This document shows, piece by piece, positions 27,607 through 37,032 of a stretch of DNA of 64,000 bases (positions are counted from its first letter, which is position 1; the number at the start of each line of letters is the position of its first letter). The stretch lies in the IMG/VR virus record IMGVR_UViG_3300030376_006203, positions 84,057-148,056 of that record, one strand, 5' to 3'. The notes below the pieces were generated by a model. It worked only from the letters and a program-made list of their open reading frames with translations, searched no databases and had not been told where the DNA came from. The stretch comes from a virus. Its lineage: Duplodnaviria; Caudoviricetes. Both the position numbers and the translations under genes were made by a program.

Positions 27607-28290
27607 TTAATGTGCGTGTTTAATGTAATATTCTTCTACTCTTTGCCACCAAAGGTCTTTGTATTTTGCGTAATTTAAAGGTGTAATGTCAAACTGCTGA
27701 TAAGTCAAGTCTCTAGCACACATAAAAACGTGTCCTTCTTTTATAGAAGTTCCATAAGTTTCATTGTGTGCTTCAGCATAAGCAACCAACTGTAAAAAGT
27801 AATCTTCAATCCATTCCTTCTTTTTAGGCTTGTTTGTCTGCTTAAAGTCAATAATGCAAGGTTCACCTTTGTATTCACCTACACAGTCTGTGGTACCTGC
27901 ATATATTTTAGGAAAATATAACCCAACTTCACTGCCCCAAATCTCATTCACATCCTTCAAAGCATTTTCATGAACAACCTTTGCCATTTTAAATGCCTGT
28001 TGAGCATAAGGATTTGAACCTGGTTGATTCCATTCACCTTTAGCAATATAATCTTCTATGTATTTGTGCATTCTAGTTCCTATACCTGATGCCTCTTTTG
28101 TAATACGCACAGCATTTTGTTCGCCAACTCTTTTGCGCCATTCAATAAGATGTGTTTTATCTTTGGTAGAATCCAGTATAGTGGTTACACTTGCCACAGC
28201 ACTGCCGTCTGGACATTGATAAACTCTCTTGCCATTCAAAGAAGTTCGTGATAGTTTTTGATAATCTATTTTGTTTGTAATTAAAGTCAT
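27607..28290 (-). CDS. PD-(D/E)XK exonuclease (Cas4/MGME1-like)
   Basis: SVTTIL, GTRMH, YAGTTDC, IIDFKQ, QLVAYA. Confidence 0.85.
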   Translation of the reverse strand: MTLITNKIDYQKLSRTSLNGKRVYQCPDGSAVASVTTILDSTKDKTHLIEWRKRVGEQNAVRITKEASGIGTRMHKYIEDYIAKGEWNQPGSNPYAQQAFKMAKVVHENALKDVNEIWGSEVGLYFPKIYAGTTDCVGEYKGEPCIIDFKQTNKPKKKEWIEDYFLQLVAYAEAHNETYGTSIKEGHVFMCARDLTYQQFDITPLNYAKYKDLWWQRVEEYYIKHAH

Positions 28291-28880
28291 TTATTTACTG
28301 CTTCGCTGTTGAATGCGAAACTCATTCTGTTGTTAGTTTTACTCAACGCATGACTGACATAATGCCATAACCATGACGGAAAGTACACACATTGATTTAG
28401 TTGTGGCTGTACATCTACCCTATCACTATTGAATTCATTCATGTGTTCTATTATATTGCTTTTGAACACATAACTCATTTGATTGTTTGGATTTATAAAA
28501 GTAAGTGGAGCACATCCAGTATCTGCTATGGGCCAATACACAGCACTGAAAACTCCATCTACGTGTCTGTGTGGTGCTTCTATGGCACTGTTGTCACTGC
28601 CGTCATTTACCCAGAGACTGGAAACTATTTGTTTGTGGTTGTTGCTTAAACCGATTTGATTGTGTAGGTTGTTAAATCCATTTTCAATTTGCTGTACAAG
28701 TTCTTTTAACACAGGTTCATCTACATTAAGATGATTAGTGCCTGTGGATCTATAATTTGGTGTATTGTCGTGATGTATTTCTTCTCTAGACCAACTCACT
28801 AGTTCATCTTTGTTTGAGATGTCTATGTTTTCAACTGCGATGAAACTGCTAAAGATAGGATTAATTTTCATAATACCCAT
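28287..28880 (-). CDS. 2OG-Fe(II) oxygenase (TIGR02466-like)
   Basis: WVN, PHRH, FSAVYW, FPSWLWHYV, RMSFAFN. Confidence 0.85.
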   Translation of the reverse strand: MGIMKINPIFSSFIAVENIDISNKDELVSWSREEIHHDNTPNYRSTGTNHLNVDEPVLKELVQQIENGFNNLHNQIGLSNNHKQIVSSLWVNDGSDNSAIEAPHRHVDGVFSAVYWPIADTGCAPLTFINPNNQMSYVFKSNIIEHMNEFNSDRVDVQPQLNQCVYFPSWLWHYVSHALSKTNNRMSFAFNSEAVNK

Positions 28881-28979
28881 TTAGATAGGATAACTGCCAC
28901 CACAATTACACTGATCAACCATAACCAGTTGTCCTCAATAAGGTCTTTGAATAATTGCCATGTAAGTTGTAATAAAGTT

Positions 28980-29339
28980 TTAATCATCGTTTTCTGTAGA
29001 TAGTCTATCTAATTCGTCCACCATACTATCGTAGGATGGTCCGCCCCATTGATTGTATTCATAATAAGGTTTCACATCACTATTAGGATCATCTTCACCT
29101 TCTACAGTTTTTACTTCTGGAATATAATGTTTCATTGTGGATTCAATTCCTTTTTTAAGAGTGGCTGTGCTACCCGCACATCCTGAACAAGCACCTTTCA
29201 TCATCATGGTCAGTTTGCCTGTTTCCATATCAAAGTCTTTTACTTCAACCATTCCACCATGTTGTGCCACAGTGTTGTTGATATATTTTTCCATCACGGA
29301 TTTTATCTCGTGAAGTATTTCTTCTTTAGTTCTAGTCAT
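28980..29339 (-). CDS. NifU C-terminal/Nfu-type Fe-S carrier
   Basis: HGGMVEV...GACSGCAGSTATLKKGIE. Confidence 0.9.
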   Translation of the reverse strand: MTRTKEEILHEIKSVMEKYINNTVAQHGGMVEVKDFDMETGKLTMMMKGACSGCAGSTATLKKGIESTMKHYIPEVKTVEGEDDPNSDVKPYYEYNQWGGPSYDSMVDELDRLSTENDD

Positions 29340-29379
29340 AACAATTAATATTACAACCTTTTTTTGGATTAGTCAAGTA

Positions 29380-29679
29380 TTATGAACGTTTTTTGGTTGC
29401 TCTCTTTGCCATTGTTTTTAGGCTGGAAGAACGATCACCTTTCTTGGTAGGCATATCTGGAGATTCAGCATCTGTGTCTAGTGTAATGCCTGATTGGTCA
29501 AATGATTTGATCATTTTTTTGATTGCTGAATTTCTATTGTACACACTTTTGAAACTGTCTGGAGTTACTGCGAAGCCTCCGACGTTGGACAAAATTTTGT
29601 TCAACGCATCAAAACTTAAAAATGCTTTTTGATTTTGAGAATCAGCACTGCTGATTAAATTTCTCAACACACGAATCAA
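29380..29679 (-). CDS. hypothetical ORF, probably the -1 frameshift extension of the upstream gene
   Basis: Only TTG/GTG starts; the frame is open back to the A9G slippery run at 29709-29718. Confidence 0.6.
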   Translation of the reverse strand: MIRVLRNLISSADSQNQKAFLSFDALNKILSNVGGFAVTPDSFKSVYNRNSAIKKMIKSFDQSGITLDTDAESPDMPTKKGDRSSSLKTMAKRATKKRS

Positions 29680-29702
29680 GTCCGTGTCAGAGGCTTCAGA
29701 AA

Positions 29703-30893
29703 TTAAGCCTTTTTTTTTGAAAGTGTTTCTGCTAGTCTTCTAGACAAATGTATGAATGATTCTCTCTTGCTTCTGTCTGCTGGTTCTTCACCGCCTGTTG
29801 CTGGTTCACTTGCTGAGAAGTCGTCTGCCTGATCTGGCATATCTGCATCATCATCTGTTGTTGGTTCCATTGCTGGTTCTTCAACGTCGCTGTCCGCACC
29901 AATTGTATCTGGTGCTTGTTCGCCTGTCAGTACGGCTACGCCGCCTGTTAATGCTTCTCTTGTTGCTTCTAGTGAAGTGTATAAAGATTCTAAACTAGGC
30001 TTCACTGCGTTTGTGAATTGTTCTGATTGCTCAACTCCCATTTCGTCTCTAATAGCATCTGCTAATTCTAACATTGATTCACTCTGCATAGATGCTGTGT
30101 CTTCCATCCAGCCTGTGATTTTATCAACCATGTCTTTAGCCGCCATTACTAATTGAGCAGATTCTTCTGCGCCTTCTTTAACTTCTTTCTTTTTGTCTTT
30201 GATTGCTTTTTTCATTGGCTCTTTTTTATCGCCATCTTTGTCCATATCTAAAAAGTCTGGTTTTGCTTTTTCTGTCATTGATTTTTGTAATAAGTCTTCT
30301 GCGTCTTGAAGTGTAAATTCTTTATCGCCTACTTTAAACTTATCTCCTTTTTTCATGCCTGCCGCTTTGGCTTTTTGTACTGCTTGAGCAAATGCGTTGC
30401 CTTCCATTGCTTCTGGTTCATATTCTGGTTCTTTCATTGAACCATCATCTTCGAATTCTTTTTCAAGTCTTTCAAGTGCTCTTTTGATTACTTCTGAATC
30501 TTCTTTGCCTGCTCTTGATTTGATGTCAGCGGCAACGGCTTCTTTGTTCATTTTTAATGCTTCTTTTTCAGCATCAAAATAATCGCCTATCATTTCTTCT
30601 GCCGCTTGGTCTACTTTTTTGAAATAACCTTCTTTTGCTACTTGTCTATCTTGTATTGCTGATGTGATTACATCTAGGAACATTTTTTGCTTGTGATAGT
30701 CTTCGTTGTGGCTTAAACCATCAAATGATTCAGTTTGTTCAATATCGCTTATCTTGTTGATAATGCTTGATTGAGCACTTTCTAACTGCTCATCTGTGAA
30801 TTGATCTAATTTAATTGAAGAGCCAAACACTTTTGCCAGTCTATCATTCAACTGTTCTGTTGTTGCTTGGTATCTAAATTGCTCTATCTTCAT
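29703..30893 (-). CDS. acidic putative prohead core/scaffold-like protein
   Basis: AKPDFLDMDKDGDKKEPMKKA motif, many xxE sites, TAAATA late promoter. Confidence 0.65.
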   Translation of the reverse strand: MKIEQFRYQATTEQLNDRLAKVFGSSIKLDQFTDEQLESAQSSIINKISDIEQTESFDGLSHNEDYHKQKMFLDVITSAIQDRQVAKEGYFKKVDQAAEEMIGDYFDAEKEALKMNKEAVAADIKSRAGKEDSEVIKRALERLEKEFEDDGSMKEPEYEPEAMEGNAFAQAVQKAKAAGMKKGDKFKVGDKEFTLQDAEDLLQKSMTEKAKPDFLDMDKDGDKKEPMKKAIKDKKKEVKEGAEESAQLVMAAKDMVDKITGWMEDTASMQSESMLELADAIRDEMGVEQSEQFTNAVKPSLESLYTSLEATREALTGGVAVLTGEQAPDTIGADSDVEEPAMEPTTDDDADMPDQADDFSASEPATGGEEPADRSKRESFIHLSRRLAETLSKKKA

Positions 30894-30913
30894 TGTTTTG
30901 TTCCTTTACTAAT

Positions 30914-31339
30914 TTATTTATCAAATATGTAGTCGTCCAGGGTATCTCTTAACTTGAGTAAATCCTCCCAAACAATGTCGTATCGTATATTAGCCGATTC
31001 TCGTGTTATATCATCGTCGGTTCTGGCTATTGTGTGCTTGTAAAACACACATTCGTTGTATTTGTTGTGTATTTGATCGTCAGTGGTTCTGATCATTTTC
31101 AGCACAGATTGGTTGTTTTGGGCCATTTGCTTTGCCATAGCCAATGCCGCTGTTTTTGTGAATGTTGTTGCCACCTGTCTGTGTTTCTTAATATCATACA
31201 GCAAAAATCCCATGCTGTTTTCACGTACCACATAGTTCTTGATACGTAGACTGTTGCCATGTTGAATGGGTAGACTGATGGTTTCAGCCTGCTTGTCTAT
31301 GAACTTTCTTAATTTTTTAGATAGTTTTTGTAGATCCAT
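30914..31339 (-). CDS. hypothetical protein
   Basis: Likely start MDLQKL. Confidence 0.65.
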   Translation of the reverse strand: MDLQKLSKKLRKFIDKQAETISLPIQHGNSLRIKNYVVRENSMGFLLYDIKKHRQVATTFTKTAALAMAKQMAQNNQSVLKMIRTTDDQIHNKYNECVFYKHTIARTDDDITRESANIRYDIVWEDLLKLRDTLDDYIFDK

Positions 31340-31532
31340 TAGCAACCACCATTGTTTTATTGTCACGTTCTATGCGACGTACCAAACTTTTATTGATAAG
31401 ATTTCTTATTACTTCTTGTTCGCGTTCCATAAAATTTTCAATGTCTTTTATTTCTTTAAGTTTATTCAACATTGTTTTTTCCTCATTGGAAGTTTGAATT
31501 ACAAAATCTTGTATAAGTTCGTTAATTTTCAT
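31317..31532 (-). CDS. hypothetical protein (MKINEL N-terminus)
   Basis: Overlapping gene string. Confidence 0.65.
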   Translation of the reverse strand: MKINELIQDFVIQTSNEEKTMLNKLKEIKDIENFMEREQEVIRNLINKSLVRRIERDNKTMVVANGSTKTI

Positions 31533-31909
31533 TATTGTGTTGCTTTTTGTCTACGTTGTAGATTTGTGATTACAGGATCTAAATCTTTTTTATTCACTGT
31601 AATCGATTGTGGTGCTTGAGGTGTAGGTCTTTTGGTTTTCATTGTTACTTGATCACCTTGGACTTTGTCCACTTCATAATCCGTTTCTTTGTTTGCTCCT
31701 GTTGGCATAGGCACAGTTTTACCTGGCTTTACTATCTGTTGCTGTGCTTGAGTGTTGGTTTGTTTCAGTGGTGCTTTCACTGATCCTGATTTAATTGGAC
31801 CTTTAGGAAGTTTGTTAGGAGGCACAGGTGCTCCTGTTTTTTGTTGACTACCCAAGGTATTCAATGTCTTTTGTAGGTAAGGTGTTTCTGTAATATCTCT
31901 TATCTTCAT
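31532..31909 (-). CDS. hypothetical Pro/Gln-rich protein (MKIRDITE N-terminus)
   Basis: Overlapping gene string. Confidence 0.7.
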   Translation of the reverse strand: MKIRDITETPYLQKTLNTLGSQQKTGAPVPPNKLPKGPIKSGSVKAPLKQTNTQAQQQIVKPGKTVPMPTGANKETDYEVDKVQGDQVTMKTKRPTPQAPQSITVNKKDLDPVITNLQRRQKATQ

Positions 31910-32268
31910 GTTTTGATTGGCTTTCTTCTGTACGTGCTTCTTTTGAATGTTTTACGTCCAACACTTCTTCTGTTTGGTCTGCTTCTAGATGCACTAGGTC
32001 TATTCATTTTACCTACTCTAATACTGGCTCCTGCCGTTTTTTTTGTTCTTGATCTTTTAATTTTCATTGAAGAACCATAACGTGCTTTGGCTTTTTTAAT
32101 TGCCATTACTCCACTTATTTTTTTAGGCTGAGTACAAACACTTGGTGAACTGACGACACGTCCTTTTCTAGGACCTGCTGTACATCTGTACTTTCGCACC
32201 ATTTTGCCGCCTTTGGTACGAGACCAAATTTGTACAACTGATTCTGTTACTATTTCTGTTATTTTCAT
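31906..32268 (-). CDS. highly basic protein (MKITEIVTES N-terminus)
   Basis: KYRCTAGPRKGRVV...C; late promoter upstream. Confidence 0.7.
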   Translation of the reverse strand: MKITEIVTESVVQIWSRTKGGKMVRKYRCTAGPRKGRVVSSPSVCTQPKKISGVMAIKKAKARYGSSMKIKRSRTKKTAGASIRVGKMNRPSASRSRPNRRSVGRKTFKRSTYRRKPIKT

Positions 32269-32318
32269 ACCTAAACCTGTATAGTATGAATATTTAGCAC
32301 TTGTGGGGGGTGTTTTAA

Positions 32319-32561
32319 TTAACCTGGAAACTTCAATAACAGCACAACAATAGTGGATAGTAAGCCAGCAACTATTGTTCCTGTGGCACCTATGATCACT
32401 TTAACCATACTCTTATTGCCTGTTTGAATATCTTCGTGAATAGACTCTACCTTTTCCTCGATTTTTTCTAAACGAGTCTCAAGGTTTTTGTATCTCTGTT
32501 CGCACAAATCAACGTGTGCTTCTAAATTTTGTTTTTCCAGCTCAGTAGCCATTTCTCTCAC
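32319..32561 (-). CDS. coiled coil plus C-terminal TM protein (XhlA/holin-like topology)
   Basis: LEAHVDLCEQRY coiled coil followed by a TM helix. Confidence 0.6.
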   Translation of the reverse strand: MREMATELEKQNLEAHVDLCEQRYKNLETRLEKIEEKVESIHEDIQTGNKSMVKVIIGATGTIVAGLLSTIVVLLLKFPG

Positions 32562-32651
32562 TTCCGTTGTTAATCAATTTTATTTCTCTTGGAAGATGCC
32601 TTGTATTTTGTGCCTCTGTAAGCCTTGTATTGTATTTATTCCACATCAACA

Positions 32652-33056
32652 TCAGTTATCTATTTGTTTAATGAACAGTATATTGGTGTGTTCTGGATCC
32701 ATTGTCCTGTATGCTCCAGTTTTAATTTTGATGGTCTCGTCCAAACCTATAATCATTGGAATAAGATCAAAGTCCTCTTCAAAGAATTCTTGCTTCACAG
32801 CATCTGGAAAATCAAGTTCAATTACTGTGGTCCATACCATGTGTTCTCCCACGTAATTTTCACCAAACTTAAAATTGGTAATGTCCTGTATTTCTGCTTT
32901 GGGTCCTGACACAATACTCACATTGGATCTCAATTGAAGTGAGTTCTCAAAAGTCATGTAATTAGCATATTGATTGGCAGGCTTGTCCTCTGCTGAGCGA
33001 GTACGTCTTGCCATGGTTTTTGTGATGTCCAGTAGTGATAATATTTTGTATCTCAT
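32652..33056 (-). CDS. hypothetical protein
   Basis: 134-aa ORF. Confidence 0.7.
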   Translation of the reverse strand: MRYKILSLLDITKTMARRTRSAEDKPANQYANYMTFENSLQLRSNVSIVSGPKAEIQDITNFKFGENYVGEHMVWTTVIELDFPDAVKQEFFEEDFDLIPMIIGLDETIKIKTGAYRTMDPEHTNILFIKQIDN

Positions 33057-33091
33057 GTGCTGTTGTTCCTAGCACATTTACTTATATCTCA

Positions 33092-33126
33092 TAAAAAAAG
33101 AGCGTCCAGTTTCCTGAACGCTCTTT
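33092..33126 (-). terminator. intrinsic terminator
   Basis: Minus strand AAAGAGCGTTCAG-gaaa-CTGGACGCTCTTTTTTT. Confidence 0.75.
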
Positions 33127-33161
33127 AATATTACTTTGTAACTTACTTTGTAATCCTAAGA

Positions 33162-33410
33162 TTACGCAGTGAATGTTGCAACTAGTGAAATTCCACCAAC
33201 TGCTTCTGCGCCACCTGGGCCACCTTGTACTGCAAGGTGATTACCGTTAGCCGTACCTTCAACTGCCGCTATTGTGCCGTTGTAAGTTGTTGTGATTGAA
33301 GTTATCGCATCAGCATGAGTAATAGTTCCTGTTGCTACTGCATAGATGTAAGTAGTTGGACCTAAACCGCTTTTTGCTACAACTGTCGCTGAGTTTGTTC
33401 TTGTTGCCAT
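33162..33410 (-). CDS. small Ala/Gly/Thr-rich putative structural protein
   Basis: Own TAAATA promoter (33468-33473), AGAGGAG SD and terminator. Confidence 0.65.
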   Translation of the reverse strand: MATRTNSATVVAKSGLGPTTYIYAVATGTITHADAITSITTTYNGTIAAVEGTANGNHLAVQGGPGGAEAVGGISLVATFTA

Positions 33411-33505
33411 TGTTTTTCTCCTCTTTATCGTTTAATGACACACTTCGCTCCGAAGTGTATATGCAATTATTTAGTAGGTTTTGGTAAAATATGTGTGCTA
33501 CTATA

Positions 33506-34372
33506 TTATTTTCGGCTCTTTTTGGCTCTAGATTGTAATGCTTTAAGCACACTTACAAAAGCCGGGCCTGCTGTTACTATATCATTTATTAATTGTATTG
33601 CTGGTAGATAGGCACCCACTATTGAAGATGGTATTGACTTGCCTGAAAGAGCAGAGTCTATGAAACGTTTTACAGCCACTAGATTTTTGCCTCCCACTAG
33701 ATATCTATACAATGCTAGGTCTCTACCTTGTACACTCACATCTGGTACACTCACCTTAGGTTCAGCATCATTAACTCTGCCTGTTTCTAAATTCCTATCA
33801 GCGGCTAATTTTTCCAAGTGTTCTATGCTGTCTGAACTTCTCAATTTTGCTCTTGCGGCATGAAGCAATCTTGTCACTAAATTTTGTTTGTCACGGACTG
33901 ACAAGGTGTTGAATTGAAATAAACTTCTTCTTATTGATTTGTAGTCTGCGTTTCTTATCTTTAAACCAGTTTCAATGCCCAAAAACACCTGCATGATACT
34001 GGGTGCTATTAGTCCTTGTTGTAGAGCACCAAGGTATCTGTTGAACGCCATTGTAGGAAAACTGCTTTTGTTTCTCATTTCCATAGCACTTTTTGGATCT
34101 TTTAATTTATTGATTGCTTCTTCGTCACCTGTGACAAAATACACAAAGTTGTATAAATCTGTGGAATACATTCTAAATCTATCATAATTTGAATGCTTGG
34201 TTTCCCTAGCATATCTTGTGGCTATTTGTCTGTATGTAGGATATTGATTCAACAGTTGAAGTATCAACAGTGTAAGATACAATCTTTCTGTACAATCTGT
34301 ATATGTAAGGACTTTTTGATCCCTTGAATCACGAGTCATACGTGCTTCAAACAATGAACTTAAAAAGTCCAA
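33506..34372 (-). CDS. hypothetical protein
   Basis: ORF track 33506..34423; TTG start at 34372 avoids a long overlap. Confidence 0.7.
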   Translation of the reverse strand: MDFLSSLFEARMTRDSRDQKVLTYTDCTERLYLTLLILQLLNQYPTYRQIATRYARETKHSNYDRFRMYSTDLYNFVYFVTGDEEAINKLKDPKSAMEMRNKSSFPTMAFNRYLGALQQGLIAPSIMQVFLGIETGLKIRNADYKSIRRSLFQFNTLSVRDKQNLVTRLLHAARAKLRSSDSIEHLEKLAADRNLETGRVNDAEPKVSVPDVSVQGRDLALYRYLVGGKNLVAVKRFIDSALSGKSIPSSIVGAYLPAIQLINDIVTAGPAFVSVLKALQSRAKKSRK

Positions 34373-34376
34373 TTGA

Positions 34377-34751
34377 TTAGTAGTTGCTAGGTTCTGCTTT
34401 ATCGATTCCATATGTTGACACAAATAATTCTACCATATCTTTTGCTTGTAAAAACTTTTCAATGGTTTGACTTTGTTGAAGATCTTTTGTGAACTGTGCT
34501 TTGACCTGAGGTTTAACACTAGGTGCAGTTAACAATCTTCTCAACACTGTGGCTTGATTCATTGATACTTTGAATTTTTTGCCATCATCTGTTGTTACTG
34601 TGTCCAATGGATTTGGATTGCCTCGACTGTCCAGTATTTTGCCTAATTGATTGAATATAGAATCCTGCTTGAATTCTTTATCCATTCCCGCATTTGGATC
34701 ATCTGCTGGATCTATGTCTTTAAACTCTTTAATAAATTCTTTTGCTTTCAT
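34377..34751 (-). CDS. putative internal head protein (MKAKEFIKE N-terminus)
   Basis: N-terminus resembles the T4 capsid-targeting sequence. Confidence 0.65.
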   Translation of the reverse strand: MKAKEFIKEFKDIDPADDPNAGMDKEFKQDSIFNQLGKILDSRGNPNPLDTVTTDDGKKFKVSMNQATVLRRLLTAPSVKPQVKAQFTKDLQQSQTIEKFLQAKDMVELFVSTYGIDKAEPSNY

Positions 34752-34761
34752 TGTGTTCTCC

Positions 34762-35895
34762 TTATCTATTTATCGCTCTGTTGGCTCTAGTGAATCCAGA
34801 ACGTTTCACCAATTTCATATTGCCTTCAGGAGACCCTAGTACATAGCCTTCTCCGCCCGGTTTGCCATTGATTGTTGCTGTGATATCGCCCTGTGCTGAA
34901 TCCAATTGATTGATGATTGAATCTTTCACTGTCATTATTCCGCCAACCAAATTCCACAGTTTGCTGAATGCGTTCATGTTTGCTGTTACATATTCTTTAA
35001 TTTTAATTCTTTTAGGCTGGCTCACAGCACTTGCCGCCAACCATCTTAAAAAATCATCACCTAATCTTTTCAATCCTGTATCAACTTTGCTGTTGGTGTA
35101 GGTGTACAAAATGTTAGGTAGATCAGTCAATTTCATTTGTGCTATTTTGTTTTTGTTCAACAGTTTGTCTATGTCTGCTCCACTGTTGTTTACAAGTGAT
35201 TTCAATTGGTCTAGTCCTTTTACTTGTATAGGATCTTTTTTGTTGATTGTTGTAGGTGGGATAGCCAATACAGAACCTTGTACCATGTCTAAATCTTTAA
35301 TGGGTAGTATTTTTCCATCCTCAGTCAATGTGTGATGTACAACAACTCCAACTTTACTGTTGGCAATCTTTTGTCCCAGTTCACTATTCGCATCTACATT
35401 GTATTGTACAACATTAGGTTTGAATACTAAACTGTTGCCTGATTTTTTAGGTGTAGCAAAGTATAACATATCTCCTACAAAATATCCTTGAAAGTTTTCA
35501 GGCACTGCTTCTGCCATTGTGTTAAACACTGAAGCCATTTTAGAAGCATATTGAGATTGTGATTTCTTTTTGGTAGCGTCTTTGCCTCTACTCATAATTA
35601 CACTTTTTAAATCTTCAGGGTTTGTTGCTCTACCATCATAACCTTTAGCAACAAATCCAGACTTGTCTGTAAAAATAAATTCACCATTAGGATTTCTACC
35701 AAACACCACAGCAGGAGAACCATCCCACTTGATTGTAAGTGACTGTGTGCTTTTGCTTAATGATTGTAATTGTTCAATGGCTCTTATGGCTCCTTTGGAA
35801 CCTTCCCAGAAGATTAAATCTTCTGCGTGTTGTATTCTTGATTCTTTCAGTGCGACATTCTTTTTGTCCACTTCTTTAAATTCTACTAATCTCAT
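34762..35895 (-). CDS. DUF6267-like protein with a KxDG ligase-type motif
   Basis: IQHAED, TIKWDGSPAVVFG, FVGDML, GEGYV, MKLVKR. Confidence 0.75.
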   Translation of the reverse strand: MRLVEFKEVDKKNVALKESRIQHAEDLIFWEGSKGAIRAIEQLQSLSKSTQSLTIKWDGSPAVVFGRNPNGEFIFTDKSGFVAKGYDGRATNPEDLKSVIMSRGKDATKKKSQSQYASKMASVFNTMAEAVPENFQGYFVGDMLYFATPKKSGNSLVFKPNVVQYNVDANSELGQKIANSKVGVVVHHTLTEDGKILPIKDLDMVQGSVLAIPPTTINKKDPIQVKGLDQLKSLVNNSGADIDKLLNKNKIAQMKLTDLPNILYTYTNSKVDTGLKRLGDDFLRWLAASAVSQPKRIKIKEYVTANMNAFSKLWNLVGGIMTVKDSIINQLDSAQGDITATINGKPGGEGYVLGSPEGNMKLVKRSGFTRANRAINR

Positions 35896-36644
35896 ATTTT
35901 TATTTTGTTAAGTAATCTTCTGTACCAGCCAATAGGGTCATTCATATTCTCAGGCAATTTTTTACCCATCTTGGCAAATGAATCTTTTACATCTGCCATC
36001 AAAGTATCATAGTCTGATCTGCCTTTAATTTTTGCGTGAATCGTTTCCACAGTGTTAAGATCATTGGCAGTTGCTCCTTTGCCCAACAATAATTCTGCTA
36101 TCTTGTTAGGGTCTTTAGTCACTGGTTCATTGGTGTCTCTGTTGAGTAGTCCTGCTTTGTGACTCCATTTGTATCCAAGTGGTTTGGCAATAGAAGCCAT
36201 CATCACGTGTCTGTCTGCACCTTTGTATTCTGATCCAGGTTCGCCACCTTGTAAACTCCACTTCATCCATTCCGGATCACCAAACATTAAATCTGTTTGT
36301 ACATAACCATTCTTGGCACTGCCTCTGATAGGAGTTTTAAAGTGAACACTGATCCCGCTCTTCTTAACCCACAGTTTAGGATCTTGTTTGTTTTGTATTG
36401 CCCACTGATTCAATTTGTCTGCCAATTGATCTTTAGTAACTTTGGATTGATCAATAGCAACATCTAAATCTCCTGAAGTGGGTGCTTTACCAGTGGTACC
36501 TAATGTGTTGTTTTGTAAATCTAGTCCTGTAATTTTTTCTAACCAGGCAAGTGTGGGAGACACATCTGCTTGATTAATTCTAGTTGTGGCTATTTGTCCA
36601 TTAGGATCTTTGAATACATTGCCACCCTCTTTAAGAATCTTCAT
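35892..36644 (-). CDS. pol-beta-superfamily nucleotidyltransferase-like protein
   Basis: LGTTGK...SGDLDVAID and VQTDLM; start MKILKEGG. Confidence 0.7.
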   Translation of the reverse strand: MKILKEGGNVFKDPNGQIATTRINQADVSPTLAWLEKITGLDLQNNTLGTTGKAPTSGDLDVAIDQSKVTKDQLADKLNQWAIQNKQDPKLWVKKSGISVHFKTPIRGSAKNGYVQTDLMFGDPEWMKWSLQGGEPGSEYKGADRHVMMASIAKPLGYKWSHKAGLLNRDTNEPVTKDPNKIAELLLGKGATANDLNTVETIHAKIKGRSDYDTLMADVKDSFAKMGKKLPENMNDPIGWYRRLLNKIKI

Positions 36645-36897
36645 TTGTCTTTTTACTTTCAATTATTTTTTTAATGCCAACTTGAAACTTCTTGGCTTCC
36701 TTGTTACGAATACTGTTTAAAAAACGTCTTTCCAACTCCTGTGCTTGTTCTTCTGGGTAATTCTCTGCTATTGTGTTCAACAGATTCACAGCACTTTCGA
36801 TGATGTTTGAGCCTGTTGTTTCTATGAAGGCTTCAGCGTCATTGACTCTGCCAATGTTTCTTAATTCATCTAGTATGCTTCTGGTACGTTTTTTCAT
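36631..36897 (-). CDS. conserved phage protein
   Basis: MKKRTRSILDEL...ELERRFLNSIR. Confidence 0.7.
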   Translation of the reverse strand: MKKRTRSILDELRNIGRVNDAEAFIETTGSNIIESAVNLLNTIAENYPEEQAQELERRFLNSIRNKEAKKFQVGIKKIIESKKTNEDS

Positions 36898-37013
36898 AGT
36901 CTTGCCCTACTTTTTACTATTTACCGATTAGAAAGCAAATATAAAGCAGGTATTCATAGTATAGCAGGTCTAATTTTGGTTGTCAATCTTTTAATTGATG
37001 GTGTATTTGTGCC

Positions 37014-37021
37014 TATAAATA
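37014..37021 (+). promoter_or_regulatory. T4 late promoter TATAAATA
   Basis: Exact consensus 11 nt upstream of ATG 37033. Confidence 0.65.
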
Positions 37022-37032
37022 CATATATTATT

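Noticed and set aside
27607-28290. Cas4-like nuclease as a sign of a CRISPR locus
   Set aside because: No repeat-spacer array or other cas genes seen; stand-alone PD-(D/E)XK exonucleases are common in phages.
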